From: Macrostomum hystrix
Taxonomy: Eukaryota; Animalia; Platyhelminthes
Reading direction: 5' to 3'
NCBI GenBank assembly: GCA_950097015.1
Contig: CATNEN010000038.1
Location: 33,108,001-33,172,000 of the forward strand
Length of the DNA: 64,000 nt
The translations under genes and the position numbers were made by a program. The notes beneath the pieces were generated by a model. That model was not told the origin of the DNA. It ran no database searches and saw nothing but the letters and a program-made list of their open reading frames with translations. Positions 41,309-54,169 of this stretch are shown one piece after another (within the stretch, counting starts at the first letter, position 1; each line of letters begins with the position of its first letter).

Positions 41309-42617
41309 AATGTAGCCACGCTGCATCATTTATTAGCAATGATAATAAAGTAATATTACAAGCTGAAGATAATTTAAAGATGTGTAGCTGTCCATGTTCA
41401 TTTTTATATTCTCTTATAGCAATAAATTAAACTTGACTTTAAATTTCCATTCAATTCATAGACTAAAAGTATCACAATATAAGAAAAAAATATATTTTTG
41501 CAGCACACACAAAAAATGTAAGGTTTACTGCGTTACTGTGTACAAAAGTTTCATTATCTATATATCAGCTTTCAATTTGTTAAACAAATTCTCAATTATA
41601 AAGAGTCCTTGGTGCCATTATATGATTTATTAAACAAAAAAACAACTATTTTGCTACAACCGGTGTCACTAAAAAAATACAGTTACGTTATTCAAAGAAA
41701 GAATGGCAAAGGATCACGGGCCTATGACATATGGCATTTATAAATAGCAGAAAGGTCTTTATTTTCTTTGGATGTCTTGACGTGTGTGTTATTAAAGTCT
41801 GTTTTGTGCTCATAAAGCAGCACTCAATATATACATTGCAATAATGCAGTAATTAGAAATTCTTGGCTTACATTATATGTGGTGTGACAATTTTTTTGTC
41901 AAAGACTCTCCAAGAGGTTGTGAAGCTGTAAATAAAAACTATTGCGCATTTTAAAAAATTTCTCTTGTTTAATGCACTTTCAGATTGGTAATTTAGAAGA
42001 GCAATTTTCATTTAGCAATTTCGTATAAATGACACCGATGACTAATAACAGTAGAACCAAGTAATTTAATTAATGTTTTATGGTAATCTGGTTTCTTCTC
42101 ACATATTCCCGTATACATACTTTATCATTAGACTCGTTATCATTACAAATTTCCTGCCTAAAGTCCAAAATCGTGGCTCGGACACGCGTCGCTTATTAAT
42201 TTTTCTGTTGAATTTTCGCAAAATGTGTCACTAATATCGAGCAGATTAGGAAAAATTAAATGCTTTGACATTAAAAACATCAATTTAGATTTTTAACAGT
42301 AAAAATATACCCATTTGACATTTACTTGCCGTTACATCATAAGTACTGTTACATCTGCAACTTTGTTATAATCTTCGGAAATGCAATTTGAGATTTACCC
42401 GTCTGAATCATGGCTAAACCAGAGTTTGAATCATAGTCAACCAGAGTATGAATCATGGCAAAGTTTTTCTTTTGTCATTGAATTGAATTCTTGACATTTT
42501 GAGTTTGTTATCTCATGACGTCATAATGATATATATTTGTATGAGAAATATTTTGCTTAATATTCATTTAATTGTTGTTCTTCCTAATTTTCTACAAAAG
42601 AAGCTAATATAAAAATT

Positions 42618-42793
42618 CAACTGGGCAACATTGTCAACTGGGCATCATTATCAATGGGGAGTCATCATCAAATGGGGGATCATTGTCAACTGGGGAACAT
42701 TGTCAACTGGGGGATCATTTTCAACTGGGGTATCATTGTCAACTGGGGGATCATTGTCAACTGTGGGATCATTGTCAACTGGGTGATCATTGT
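42618..42793. repeat. ~20-bp minisatellite (GGGGATCATTGTCAACTG-like, about 9 degenerate units)
   Basis: Direct inspection; a 21-bp repeat (GAATCATGG..CCAGAGT) also occurs at ~42404-42459. Confidence 0.85.
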
Positions 42794-42857
42794 AGCTTAA
42801 AAAAGCTGAAAATACAGCTGCTAAAAAGTATATACAAGACGAATTAAAAATATTTCT

Positions 42858-42886
42858 GCTCCCCGAAGGGGGGCAAAACTTGCTAG
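42858..42886 (+). mobile_element. Helitron 3' terminus (GC hairpin + CTAG|T)
   Basis: GCTCCCC-GAA-GGGGGGC hairpin, 8-nt spacer, CTAG at 42883-42886 followed by T; abuts an abrupt switch to LINE sequence. Confidence 0.7.
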
Positions 42887-44140
42887 TAGACTCCTAAACC
42901 GGAGCTGTACCAGGTGCTTTATCCCAGCTGCCTGGAGACGCGCTGAAATCATTGCCATCCACAAAAAGGGAGAATAAGGGAAAGGGAAAGCCGGCTCCAC
43001 TGGCTCCAATCGCCCTATCTCCCTGCTCAGCTGCATTGGCAAATTGATGGAGAGGCTGATCCAGAACAGACTCTACTTCTGGCTGGAATCCCGCAAATTA
43101 CTAAACCACAAGCAGGCCGGTTTCCGCAAGGGCCACTCCACCATAAACCAACTCACGCGCATAACCCAGGTGATCTTTGATGCCTTCGAGCAAAAGAAGC
43201 CCGAACGCTCCATTCTGATCCTCCTGGACTTTGCCAAGGCCTATGACAGCCTCTAGCGGCCGGCTCTCTTTGTCAAAATGGCCAGGCTAAACGTCCCGAA
43301 CCATGTTGTCAGATTCCTAAAGAATTTCCTTGCCGATAGACGCACTCGAGTGAGATGGGGAGACGCCACCACTTAACTGGAGGGTCTTCACTGACGGGCT
43401 GCCGCAAGGATCCGTGATCGCCCCATTGTTGTGGCTCATCTACGTCTACGACATCGACGCTGACGTCGCGGACAACATCCACCGCTCGCTGTTCGCCGAC
43501 GACACTGCGCTGCTAGCCACCGGACGATCCCTGAACACCTGCGCCGAACAAATCCAACCGGACGTGGATGCCGTCGTCGACTGGACACGCCGATGGAAGG
43601 TGTCACTCAGCATCCCAAAGTGTGTCTTCTCCACCTTCACCCTAAATGCAAAGGAGTGTGGCGGTAAAGTCCTGCCTAGGTTGCGCATCGAGAACTAAGA
43701 CCTGGCTTATGACCCGACGCCTACCTTCCTCGGCCTCCGCCTCGACGACCAGCTCACTTTAACACACTATGTAGAGGTGATCCGCCGCAAGATGGCCGAC
43801 AGATGCCGGTGCCTGATGCACCTGTCGGGCAAGGAATACGGCGCACATCGCAAAACCCTCCGCGCTGCCTATATGGCCTACATCAGATCGGTTTTCGATT
43901 ACGGAGCGGCCATCTACTTTAACCACGCTGCCCCCTCTGTGCGCGACAGACTAGAGGCGGAGCAGAACAAGTGCGCCCGAATCATCACTGGCTGTCTTGG
44001 AATTACTAATTGACGCACTCTACTCACGGAAGCGGACCTCACCGCACTCCACCTTCGCGCCAAACAGCTCGCCGCTAACGAGTACACCTGGCTCATATGT
44101 CTCCCGGACGAGGACCCGGCTCGTAAACTCCTCCTGGCTC
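42887..44140 (+). pseudogene. Degenerate non-LTR retrotransposon (LINE) RT fragment
   Basis: RPISLLSCIGKLMERL, QAGFRKGHST, LLDFAKAYD, GLPQGSVIAP, FADD; several stops and frameshifts. Confidence 0.9.
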
Positions 44141-44559
44141 TTGGTGAGAATTATGCCGAGGAATTAGTGCTCATTGTTCTAATGATTTAGCTGGAACAAC
44201 TAGGATTACAAGCTAATACTAACTAGGTAAATATTTTTTAAGATATGTTATAAATTCTTTTGAAATAAAATTACTGAAATATACTTGAAATACTTGAAGA
44301 TTTCTCTGATTTCGATAATCATTCCAATCCCAAGTAAAAAGATTGTTACTCTTAGTACACCCCCTTCAGATGCATTCGAACAACCAGGCTTTCAAAATAC
44401 TCGAGTTTCTGGAGGACAAGTCAGTTGATTATGTACTATCGATTTAGCTATTAGCTTCGGATAGTGTTGCCTACCCCACTTCGCAATCAACTAGTCGATT
44501 CGCCTCTTTACGTTTAAAAATGTAATACCTACAGCTACACTTGAGCCACTATGGTGTTC

Positions 44560-45110
44560 ATGCTCTATTAGAGTCTTAGGTATGGCATCAACTGAACGAA
44601 AAGCACGCGAAAAGCTAAAGAAGCTAGAAGCTGCTGCTGCTGCGGGCGAGGATACACTTGGTCTGGAGACTACTGACTCAGAAGCACCTAGGCAAAGAAA
44701 ACCAGTTCATCGACTTTTCATATGGAGCCAACACAGAAAAAGCGCAAGAATAATAAATATTTACCAAGTGATGACGAGTCGTCAAAGTCTAAATCCGATT
44801 CTGAGACTGAATCCGAAACTGATATGCTGCAGCAAGAGGACATTGGTGATATTGGCTCGCTATTTTTGCTCCATGGTTGTTCTGCCAGTACCAGTTCGCA
44901 TCGACAAGATGACGAGACGTCTGCTGCTAGCGTCGCTAGCTCAAATCCCTCAACAGCTGGACAGTCTGCAAGCGCCTACAACTCGGTTCAACGACAAAAG
45001 CAAGCATCTGCTGCTAGCGTCGCTAGCTCAAATCACTCAGCAGTTGGACAGTCTGCAAGCGCCTGCAGCTCGGTTTAACGACAAGAAACTGCCGCTAGCA
45101 TGAATTTCTC
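44560..45110 (+). pseudogene. Degenerate Ser-rich coding fragment with ~72-bp tandem repeats (44919-45100), probably a transposon accessory gene
   Basis: Frameshifted overlapping ORFs (ERKAREKL..TDSE..RQRKP; TSAASVASSN repeats); layout resembles the 52-54 kb gene. Confidence 0.4.
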
Positions 45111-46055
45111 TGGTCGGTCGGTGTAAGTGCGGGCCTTGGTGATTTCAATGCATAATCGAAACCACAAAAATATTCGCTTTTGAAAACTTAATTGTCATGC
45201 TCTTTAACCTCATCAATTAAGTCCTTCTACACCGGTACAATCGGCAGCTGGCTGCTCGCTTAGAATACACCAGTGATGATGACGACAACATTGGACCAGG
45301 CCCACTGGACAGTCATTTGACTCCAAGCCCATCGCGACGGGCGGATAATACTGCTCCATTGGGTAAAAGTTTTTTGTCGCAATTTTGCGCAGAGGAAAAC
45401 TTCCGTTACACATGGTGAAGAAATCGGTGGTATACAATCAATCCATGCAGTTAGTAATTACTTATTTACTTAAAAACATAAAAACATCTCCAAATCACAA
45501 AATAGCGTAAGACAGGTCACTTTCCACCTATTACCTACCCTACCCAACTCAATTACCTAGACCTAGAGCTCCTCCTAAATTAGTTCTACCCATAGAAAAA
45601 TTATTTGGGAGAAATGGGAGAAATTGGGAGAAACTACAATGCTAAAAATCTTCAATCTAGGAAAATAATTTTCACGAGCACTTTAGGAATAATTGATTGC
45701 TCCTTTGACTTTGAGATTTGACTTGCTTTTTAGACTAATCCACTACTAATGGTAGCTAATCTACAACAGTTACAAATATATTTAAGTATACGAGTAGAAA
45801 GAAAATTTTCTAAATAGAATCCTCGTGTCGAACCGGAATGTTACTTTTGCCTCTTCCGTTTCTCTTCCTGCCTTAATTCTTACAGATGCCACCTGCTCAA
45901 AAAGCGTGCTGTGACGTCACTTGCTGAAGCTAATATTAATTCCCAACCTGCGTACTTATTTGGGCCGTTTAACTAATGTCATTTAACTATCACCAACTTC
46001 TGCGGTTTCGTGTAATTACTTAAAATTGTTAGAGTACTACTGTAAGTAGACGCCA

Positions 46056-46495
46056 ATGTACATCACGCCACCCATCACATCACATCACGTGGAAATGGCA
46101 CTTGACTTACTTGACTTAGCTGCAGGATGCAGCGGGGAGGCGTTGCCGTCCATTCCGCTAGCCCCTGGCGACCTCGGGCAACTAAAGCTGCGGTGTCGCG
46201 CAGGGGGATCCGGTGAAGCTGGCGTCCGCAGCGCGGTCCTCCTCGGGATAGTCCAGGAGGTGGAGAGTCGCTCGCCCGGTGGCCCTTAGGTAACGGACGA
46301 GCGAGCAGATGTTCTCAGGCCTGAATACGTCGGGGAGATTCGGGTTTGGGCCGAGATAGGTGAGCCTGTCCTGAGTGAAGGCGGGGCAGTCGCAAATAAA
46401 ATGCTCTGCATCCTCAACGTAGGAGAGGCAGAAGGGGCATTCCTCACTACGGATTTTGCCTTGCAGGAAGCGGTGGAAATGGCACCCGAGCAAGT
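46056..46495 (-). mobile_element. 5'-truncated LINE 3' end (C-terminal CCHC finger, 3' UTR, short tandem tail)
   Basis: [21 protein letters not shown]; minus-strand TAAGTCAAG x2 and GTGAT repeats at the 3' end. Confidence 0.7.
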
Positions 46496-47810
46496 ATCCA
46501 CACGGCCTAAACTGCCAGCAGTCACATCAATGGCAACAAAAAGACATCGCACGCCATCACCTGTGACTATCAAGCAGGCGAAGACTGCAAAACCAGCACG
46601 TGCAGCCGGCAGCGGCAATCGTCTCAAATCGGTTCGGCTCAGCACCGGAGGTCCTGCTCGGCAAGCGGCCGAAACATCGTCGACCCGCAGTCGGCACTCG
46701 GCCGGGCCAGCACCGTAGCAACTGCGGCCCGCACCATTGGAATCGAGAGCCCAAAGGGAACTGCAGCCGATGCCGCAGCCGACGCAGTCTGTACCACAGA
46801 CTACGCAGTCTATGCCGCAGTCTATCCCGTATAACATTTAGACGTTACCCCAAGGTCCCAAATACGTCCCCAAATGTATTATACTCGTAATTAAAATGTT
46901 TTTTTTCACACACCATTGCCTTCTATATTACATAGGCAATAATAGAAAAGAATAAAAAACAAGTAAAAATTTTCCGTGCACCATAAACACTCTTTAAAAA
47001 ATGCGTTAAATTAGGACGTTACTGATACGCAATTTAAACGACACAAAAAGATAAATAAAAAGTACGAAAGTTTAAAAAGCAAAATTCTTTTTAAATCGAG
47101 TTTTTGTTGTCTTAAAAGATCGATTCTGTGCTACAAAATAATTGACACAGATGTAACTGTTGCATTTCGACACTATTTTGTATTACGAGCGTAAACACAA
47201 AGTCTTTTTTCTTTGTTACCCTTATATTCTAAGTTGTGGTAACTCTAATCTTAGACCTAAGGTAATACTTATTTGGTAAGCTGTTGTCTCATTAGTCTAG
47301 TGTAGATTTTATTGCAGCATAAAGAACTTTAAAATATTAATAATATTGGTACTTTTATATAATTTTTTCTTGCTTAGTTTGTGTTTTTAGAATTGGAAAT
47401 TAATGTTTAATTAGTTTAGCTAATTAGCTAATAGTTATATTACCAAAACGATAACACAACTAGCAAGTTTGCAGGCATGTACAGTCAATACTCAAATCAA
47501 TAGGAAAACAAAGTTAGCTACTAACATAACATAACATAACATAAAGCTTGCTCTTTGTGATTGAGGTTTAGGCTTTACTAGCCGTTAGCTATTTAGCTAA
47601 AGAAGTTAGGATCTAGGCAAAAAAGTAAGGCAATGCTGCTGCGGCGAACTTTTCAATGTTGTCATAATTTTCCAAATTTGAGTGCGTTAGGGGTATGATT
47701 GCTCATACTTATGAAACGCTACTCGTTCGATGTATTCACTCAGGTCATGAATCATTTTCTCTCGCTCATCGTCCTCTGGCGATAACTGAGTCGGCTGGGT
47801 TGGCTGCATA

Positions 47811-47975
47811 CCCGTACAACAATTTTCCGTATCGAGACGTATCGGAGACGTCCCCTCAAGGTCCCATTGAAACGTCTCCGGGAACGGTATTTCGATAGTT
47901 ACGGATTCGTCCCGAGGCGAGAATTTGGGGACGTCCACTGCAGGTCGCAAAGGAACGTAAAAATACGTGCCCGTG
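47811..47975. mobile_element. Putative EnSpm/CACTA-like terminus (CCCGTACAAC) with ACGT-core subterminal repeats; related terminus at 46826 (CCCGTATAAC)
   Basis: Clustered GACGT(C) motifs in both orientations; shared CAAGGTCCCA motif at both sites. Confidence 0.5.
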
Positions 47976-48357
47976 AATCAGCAATTTTGTCGCTTTTCCT
48001 TTCTGAATGAAGTTATTTACTGTGCCAATAAATCAGTATGAATGATTGTGCAAATTATAGAGAAAAGAATCAAAAGCTAACAATCCTGCTCAATCAAGAC
48101 GTTTTTTGTTTAGCCAAAACGCGCTAGTTTTTAATATTGATATATTCATCGGCATGTTGGAGAATTTATAAACTGCGTATGCCTAAATTAATTATGATAT
48201 ATTATACTACATGAAATAATTTTAGTTGATACATAAAGCGATTGTGAATATTAACATAAATACTAAATCCGCAAAATAGCATAAATATGCAAGTATAGGC
48301 AAAATAAGTTTATAATGTAGCACAAAAGGCTTAAAAATAATACGTGTACCGTTAATA

Positions 48358-48567
48358 ATATTTTTTTCATTTTTATTAGTATCATAGACTTTTCAATTAC
48401 ATGAGGGGAAAGGTATGCTTTGAGTGCAGAGTCGTATCTGCAAGAAGGCGCAGGGTAAGAGAAAACGGCATGCTTTGATAGCAGGTGCAAGAAAAAAAAC
48501 GGCACAAAAAGTTTCAACCAATGCTGTGTTCTTTTATGATAATTGTCCTTTACTCTTCCATGATGCT
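48358..48567 (+). repeat. ~210-bp direct repeat, second copy at 51836-52043, flanking the truncated Gypsy element
   Basis: Near-identical sequences with a few differences. Confidence 0.9.
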
Positions 48568-51500
48568 TGTGGTAGTGGCTGCTAGCTAGAGCTAGCGTTG
48601 TTGCACTTTTCCCGATAATATCCTTGTAATGTCTATGGTCTCTAATTCTCAACCTGCTATAGGTTCCTAAGCTTTCGTTCCCAGCCTCTCACTTATGTTA
48701 TAATCTCTTTGCTTGAATAAACGCTATGCTACGTACACAACGTTAACGCCAAAGCACCAACAGCTTCATCCAAACTACGACAATGGCGTCGCGGCTTGGC
48801 AATCTGGATCTTGCTGACACGACTCATGCACTCACCTGGATTAAGGCATTCAAAGCCTTGGCACGAACCAAGAAGTGGGAAGATGGAGGCGCAGATCGAC
48901 AAATCACGGACAACTTTTTAGCGCTCTGTGGACTAGCAGCTCTCGAAAAAATTACTCATCTTGTAGCACCAAAAGAAGTGGAAGCGCACACCTTTGCGGA
49001 GCTGGAGAATGCCATCACAAACTTTCTGCAACCCCAAAAGCACCTTATCTTTTCTGAGAGAACTAAATTCTTCACGCTACGTCAAGCTGCCGATGAGCCC
49101 ATTACGGAGTTCCTTTCTCGCTTGAGGAAGGGGGCCACGCACTGCGAGTTCGATACTCTCAAAACCTGCAACAGCCCAGAAGAGGAAATGGTACGTCTGA
49201 TGCTCATCTCTGGCCTTCAGAACCCAGAAGATCAACGACGCGTTCTGGGAGCCATGCAAACGAAAGACTTGATGATCACCGAAATCGTGGATATAATCAG
49301 GACTATCGAACAAGTGACGAAGTTCGTAGACAGCAGGGATTTTCGAAACGCTAACACAGAGCCTACCCAAGAAGCACACTCCATCAACTTCACAGGGAAG
49401 GGAGATCGGCAGCATCGAGGCGGTAACGTGACCATGTCCCATGAACGGCACGTAGGCAACTGCAAGTTTTGTGGCAGATCTCATCCAGCTGGCAAATGCC
49501 CGGCTTACGGCAAGACATGCAACAAATGCAATAAGCGCAATCACTTTGGATCCGTGTGCCGCTCCAGTGGTGTCGAACATGTCAACCATGTGGACACGAA
49601 ACTTGTAACCTCGGACTCCGACTCCTCTGATATACTCCATCTGACAGACGTCGATCTCATCCATGCTGTTTCAGTAACGACAGAAACTGTGCTGATCAAC
49701 GGTGTCGCTATTCCGATGCAGATCGATACCGGAGCTTCAGTTTCAGTGCTTTCTAGCCACCTCTGGGAATCGCTGCAACGCCCCAAATTGGACAAGTATC
49801 ATCGGCGACTCGAAGCGTATGACGGCCATATCCTGAAGACATTGGGAAAGCTGTCTACCACCGTCGAGATGCGCGGTCGAATGCATCCAGCTGAGTTGAT
49901 GGTGGTTTCATCTTCAAAGACATTCGGCCTGCTAGGACGCGATCTTCTAGATGGCGACGCCGTATTCCACGCAGCCACCACTGCCACAGCTGCGCCTGCC
50001 AATGAGCCACTGCCGACCATCAAGGGCATCAAAGCGAGCATGGAACTGATTGAAGGTACCAGGCCAAAGTTCTGCCGCGCTCGTCCTGTTCCACTTGCAC
50101 TGGAGCCGCAAGTCAATGCCGAGCTAGAGAGACTGCAGCTGCTGGGCGTCATCGAGCCCATTGAGGGCCCGGTAAGCAACGCATCGCCTGTTGTCTGGGT
50201 TAAGAAAAAAGATGGCTCGCTGCGCATGTGTGCCGATTAAAAAATGCACGTCAATGGGAAAATCAAGCCAGAGTCTTATCCAATTCCTTCGATTGAGCAC
50301 CTATTCGCCAAGCTCAAAAACGCAAAAAAGTTTGCGAAGGTAGACTTGCGTTCTGCCTATTGGCAAATAGCTCTCGATGAGTCTGCGGAGGAACTATCCG
50401 TGATCAATACCTCACGCGGCCTCTACCGTGTCAAACGCCTACAAATGGGCATGAAAAATGCCTCCTTCATTTTCCAAAGGACCATGGAGAGTATTCTTTC
50501 TGACCTTAAAGGCATCCTTGTCTACCAAGATGATGTCCTAGTCTTTGCAGAGAATTCCGAAGCACTAGGTAAGCGGTTGAATGCGGTCAAAACCAGGCTC
50601 TCAGAAAAGAAAGTGACCATCAACGAAAGCAAATCTATTAATATGTGCGATGAAATTTCCTTTCTTGGATTCAAAATCTCCGCATCTGGAATTCAGCCTG
50701 ACGACCGTCTAGTTGACAAGATCCGTCATATCGCCGCTCCCAGCTCCAAGAAGGAAGTTGAGCAGTTCCTTGGCCTAGTGAATTTTTTTGGCCGTCTGAT
50801 ACCTAATTTCTCCACCAAAATCGCCCCACTGAATGACCTTCGAAAGGGAAGCTCGCCCTTCGTCTGGTCCGACGAGTGCGCTCACGCATTTGAGGGGCTC
50901 AAGCGAGAAATATCATCCAGGCCTGTGGTGCAGCCATATAGCCTCGAAAAAGAGGCCACTCTCACCACTGACGCCTCCAAAGGTGCACTTGCTGCTGTTT
51001 TGACCCAGGACGGGCATCCCGTGATTTACATCTCCAGGACTCTCATCCGCAGAAGCCAACTACTCATACATCGAACGAGAGGCACTGGCGATTTTCTGGG
51101 CAATCCATAGGCTTAAACACTATCTGCAAGGCCGAAAATTCACCATTCGGACTGATCACCAACCGTTGCTTCGCCTCTTTGGTGGCAGCATTCCATTGAG
51201 CACCTCTTCCAGAATCAGCCGATGGGCGCTGTTTCTAATGCAATTCGATTTCACTCTGGAATACGTACAAGGGACAAAAATTCCGCATGCCGACGCGCTC
51301 TCCCGACTCCGGTTTGAAAACGCTGATCTTGAACCTAGCAGCACCTTTTGGGCGGTAAACTGCGTTGCCTTTGAATCCCCAACCATTGATCCACACAGAA
51401 TAGCATCCGAAATCGATTCAGACGGCCTCCATCAACGAATAGTTCGTCGCATTCGGTCTGGTGACTGGCGAGGGTGCACACAAGCAGAGGCAGCCTTTAA

Positions 51501-51838
51501 GAAAGTCGCGGGATGCCTGACTCTCGAGAATGGCCTGATCTACATGCGCCGCCGAGCATTCATTCCACCAAGGCTCAGACGAGAGGCCTTCGACGCAGTG
51601 CATGACACTCATACGGGTTCCAACGCAGCCCACAAGTTGCTTGCACAGACCTGTTGGTGGCCCGGCATGCAGAGAGATGTGGAGCAATTTGTTTCTCAAT
51701 GCCGAACATGTACTCAGTTAAGACCTCGTCTGCAAAAAACTCGGGACACTTGGCCACCTGCCACCGCTCCATTTCAAAGAGTGCACATGGACTGGGCTTT
51801 TGTACCAGCCGTTGGCAACATTCTCATCGTGGTTGATA
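48568..51838 (+). mobile_element. 3'-truncated Mag-like Gypsy retrotransposon: 215-bp 5' LTR (48568-48782), PBS ~48784, degenerate gag-pol
   Basis: LTR TGTGGTAG...CTACGACA with AATAAA; two gag knuckles, IDTGA, YQDD, TTDAS, HHCC, VHMD. Stop at 50238-50240, frameshift ~51045, cut at ILIVVD in integrase. Confidence 0.9.
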
Positions 51839-52025
51839 TTTTTTTCATTTTTATTAGTATCATAGACTTTTCAATTACATGAGGGGAAAGGTATGCTTTG
51901 AGTGCAGAGTCGTATCTGCAAGAAGGCGCAGGGTAAGAGAAAACGGCATGCTTTGATAGCAGGTGCAAGAAAAAACGGCACAAAAAGTTTCAACCAATGC
52001 TGTGTTCGTTTATGATAATTGTCCT

Positions 52026-54003
52026 TTACTCTTCCATGATGCTATCATTGTCCAGATTAACGCCGTCATTATCAACGCTTTCTACGTCGTCGCCCATGTC
52101 GGAATCATCGCTATCATCGTCTTCGACATCGCCATCAGCGTCTTCCACATCGACATCATCTTCGTCCTCATTGTCATTATCGCCATCATGGTCGCACACA
52201 ATGGTCGCACCATTGTCCGTCGCAGCATTTTCATTGCGAACTGCCTCCTCATTGATCTTAGAGCCGTTGTTCCGAACAGAGCCTTTTGATAAAGTGCTGG
52301 CTCTTCGAGTCATCCGTTTTAGGATGCTGCCAACGTAGCCTAATGCAGACACGGATCCAAGCTGTCGTCGCAGGTTTTTTGAATGGAGTATAACATCTAA
52401 AATATTTGCTGAGTTTAGTCACAGCGAAAAGAATAATAATCCATAATTTGCTATTTGAAACATACTCACGAACAATGCACTCTGAAATAGCTATCGGAAG
52501 GCGCATTTTTGATCCCCGACCTTGAATGTTGAAGTGACACAATACCTGGGGACTAGCTGTCCACATAAGCATCAAATTGGCGGCATCTGAAAGCTTGACA
52601 CTGTTTTCAGTCCGCTTGAAGCAGTAATTGAGCTAAATGAAATTAGTTGATGTATGTTGAAAACTATGAAATGGTACCTTCATCTGCACAACGCAGTAGA
52701 AGACGCAAGGTAAACTTTCTCGTGACAAAACGTACATATGCTGCCCTTAGTTCCGGATCGTTCTGATTCTGAATTCGACTGTTGAAGTCTATCATCTGGT
52801 CGATTGACTTGTAGGGCAGCGACCTGAGCAAATCAGTCATCGGAGCAGAAATTTCTTGCCTGCTTGATGAAATGATGAATTTCTCCTCCAATGAGACCAT
52901 CCGCTCAAGGAGCAGCTTCATCCAATCTACAATATCTAAACGTCTGCTTTAACGACTGATAAGGTATAAAAATGATCAAGAATCTGGTTTTATATTAATA
53001 ACTATAAACTGCTAAGCTCAACTTAGACGAAACTTACTTTCAAGATGCTTGCAATGGCACGGCTTCGCACACTGAGCAGTGGCACCAGATGATTGAGCAG
53101 TGGCGCCCGATGACTGAGCAGTGGCGCCCGACTGAGCAGTGGCGCCCGATGACTGAGCAGTGGCGCCCGATAACTGAGCAGTGGCGCCCGACTGAGCAGT
53201 GGCACCCGATGGCTTCGCAGACCGAGCAGTGGAGCCCGACGGCTTCACAGACTGAACAGTGGTTTCAGAGGTTGATGACTTCTTAGCTAATGGTGTTGAT
53301 GGACTAGCCATTGGGCCGGATGACGTCTTGGCTACTGTTGATGGACTAGCCATTGGGCCGGATGACGTCTTGGCTACTGTTGATGGACTAGCCATTGGGC
53401 CGGATGACGTCTTGGCTACTGTTGATGGACTAGCCATTGGGCCGGATGACGTCTTGGCTACTGTTGATGGACTAGCCATTGGGCCGGATGACGTCTTGGC
53501 TACTGTTGATGGACTAGAAAGACACTGATGGGTTAATATTCTCAACTGCGGCCAGTGGAGATTTTGTAAGTCGAGGACGACGACGCCGTGGTGCTACAGA
53601 TTCATCCTGCCAGTCTTTGAAGTGCTCGACTTGCTTACGCTTCCGCTTACCATCAACATCGGTGTCCGAAAGAGTGCCCGTTTTATCAAAGCGTGTCAGA
53701 CGATAGAGCAAGTAGTCCAGATCGTCTGAAAAAATAATAAACTACATAGTGCGGATATGTACACAAAATCTGAACATGGGACACACGGTGCTTACCATTC
53801 CAAATGTGACACTTGACAATCCTGTGGGTTTCCCAGCTGCTTCCTGGGTTCTCTTGCTGACGCAGACATCTCACAAGCCTGGGGTCAGTAGCACTTGAGT
53901 AGTCATTTGGCAGCCTAACTGCTATACCATCACTTGTGAACCAATTCATTGAAACAATCATGTTTCCATCAGCGAAGTTCACAAAGCAATATTTTTTCGT
54001 CAT
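52026..54003 (-). CDS. Multi-exon EnSpm-associated accessory gene (S/T repeats, acidic C-terminus); possibly degenerate
   Basis: Series of minus-strand ORFs with GT-AG-like boundaries, directly downstream of the transposase. Exon limits are approximate. Confidence 0.5.
53085..53517 (-). repeat. Coding minisatellites: 18/21-bp (SGATAQ) and 42-bp x5 (SPSTVAKTSSGPMA)
   Basis: Direct inspection. Confidence 0.9.
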
Positions 54004-54169
54004 CAGTAATCAGGATATCATATCAGAAATATGAAAATTTAGACATTTAGATATTGAGATATGAATACAAATCAAGTTCTAATTGCTTGTTGTTATTTCT
54101 AACTTTAGTTGTTTATAATTGTTTGTTTGTTGGTGATCGAATTGTTTTAGTGATTTGTTTCAAAAGCAA

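Noticed and set aside
42618-42793. CRISPR-like array
   Set aside because: Contiguous repeats without unique spacers; eukaryotic context; no cas genes.
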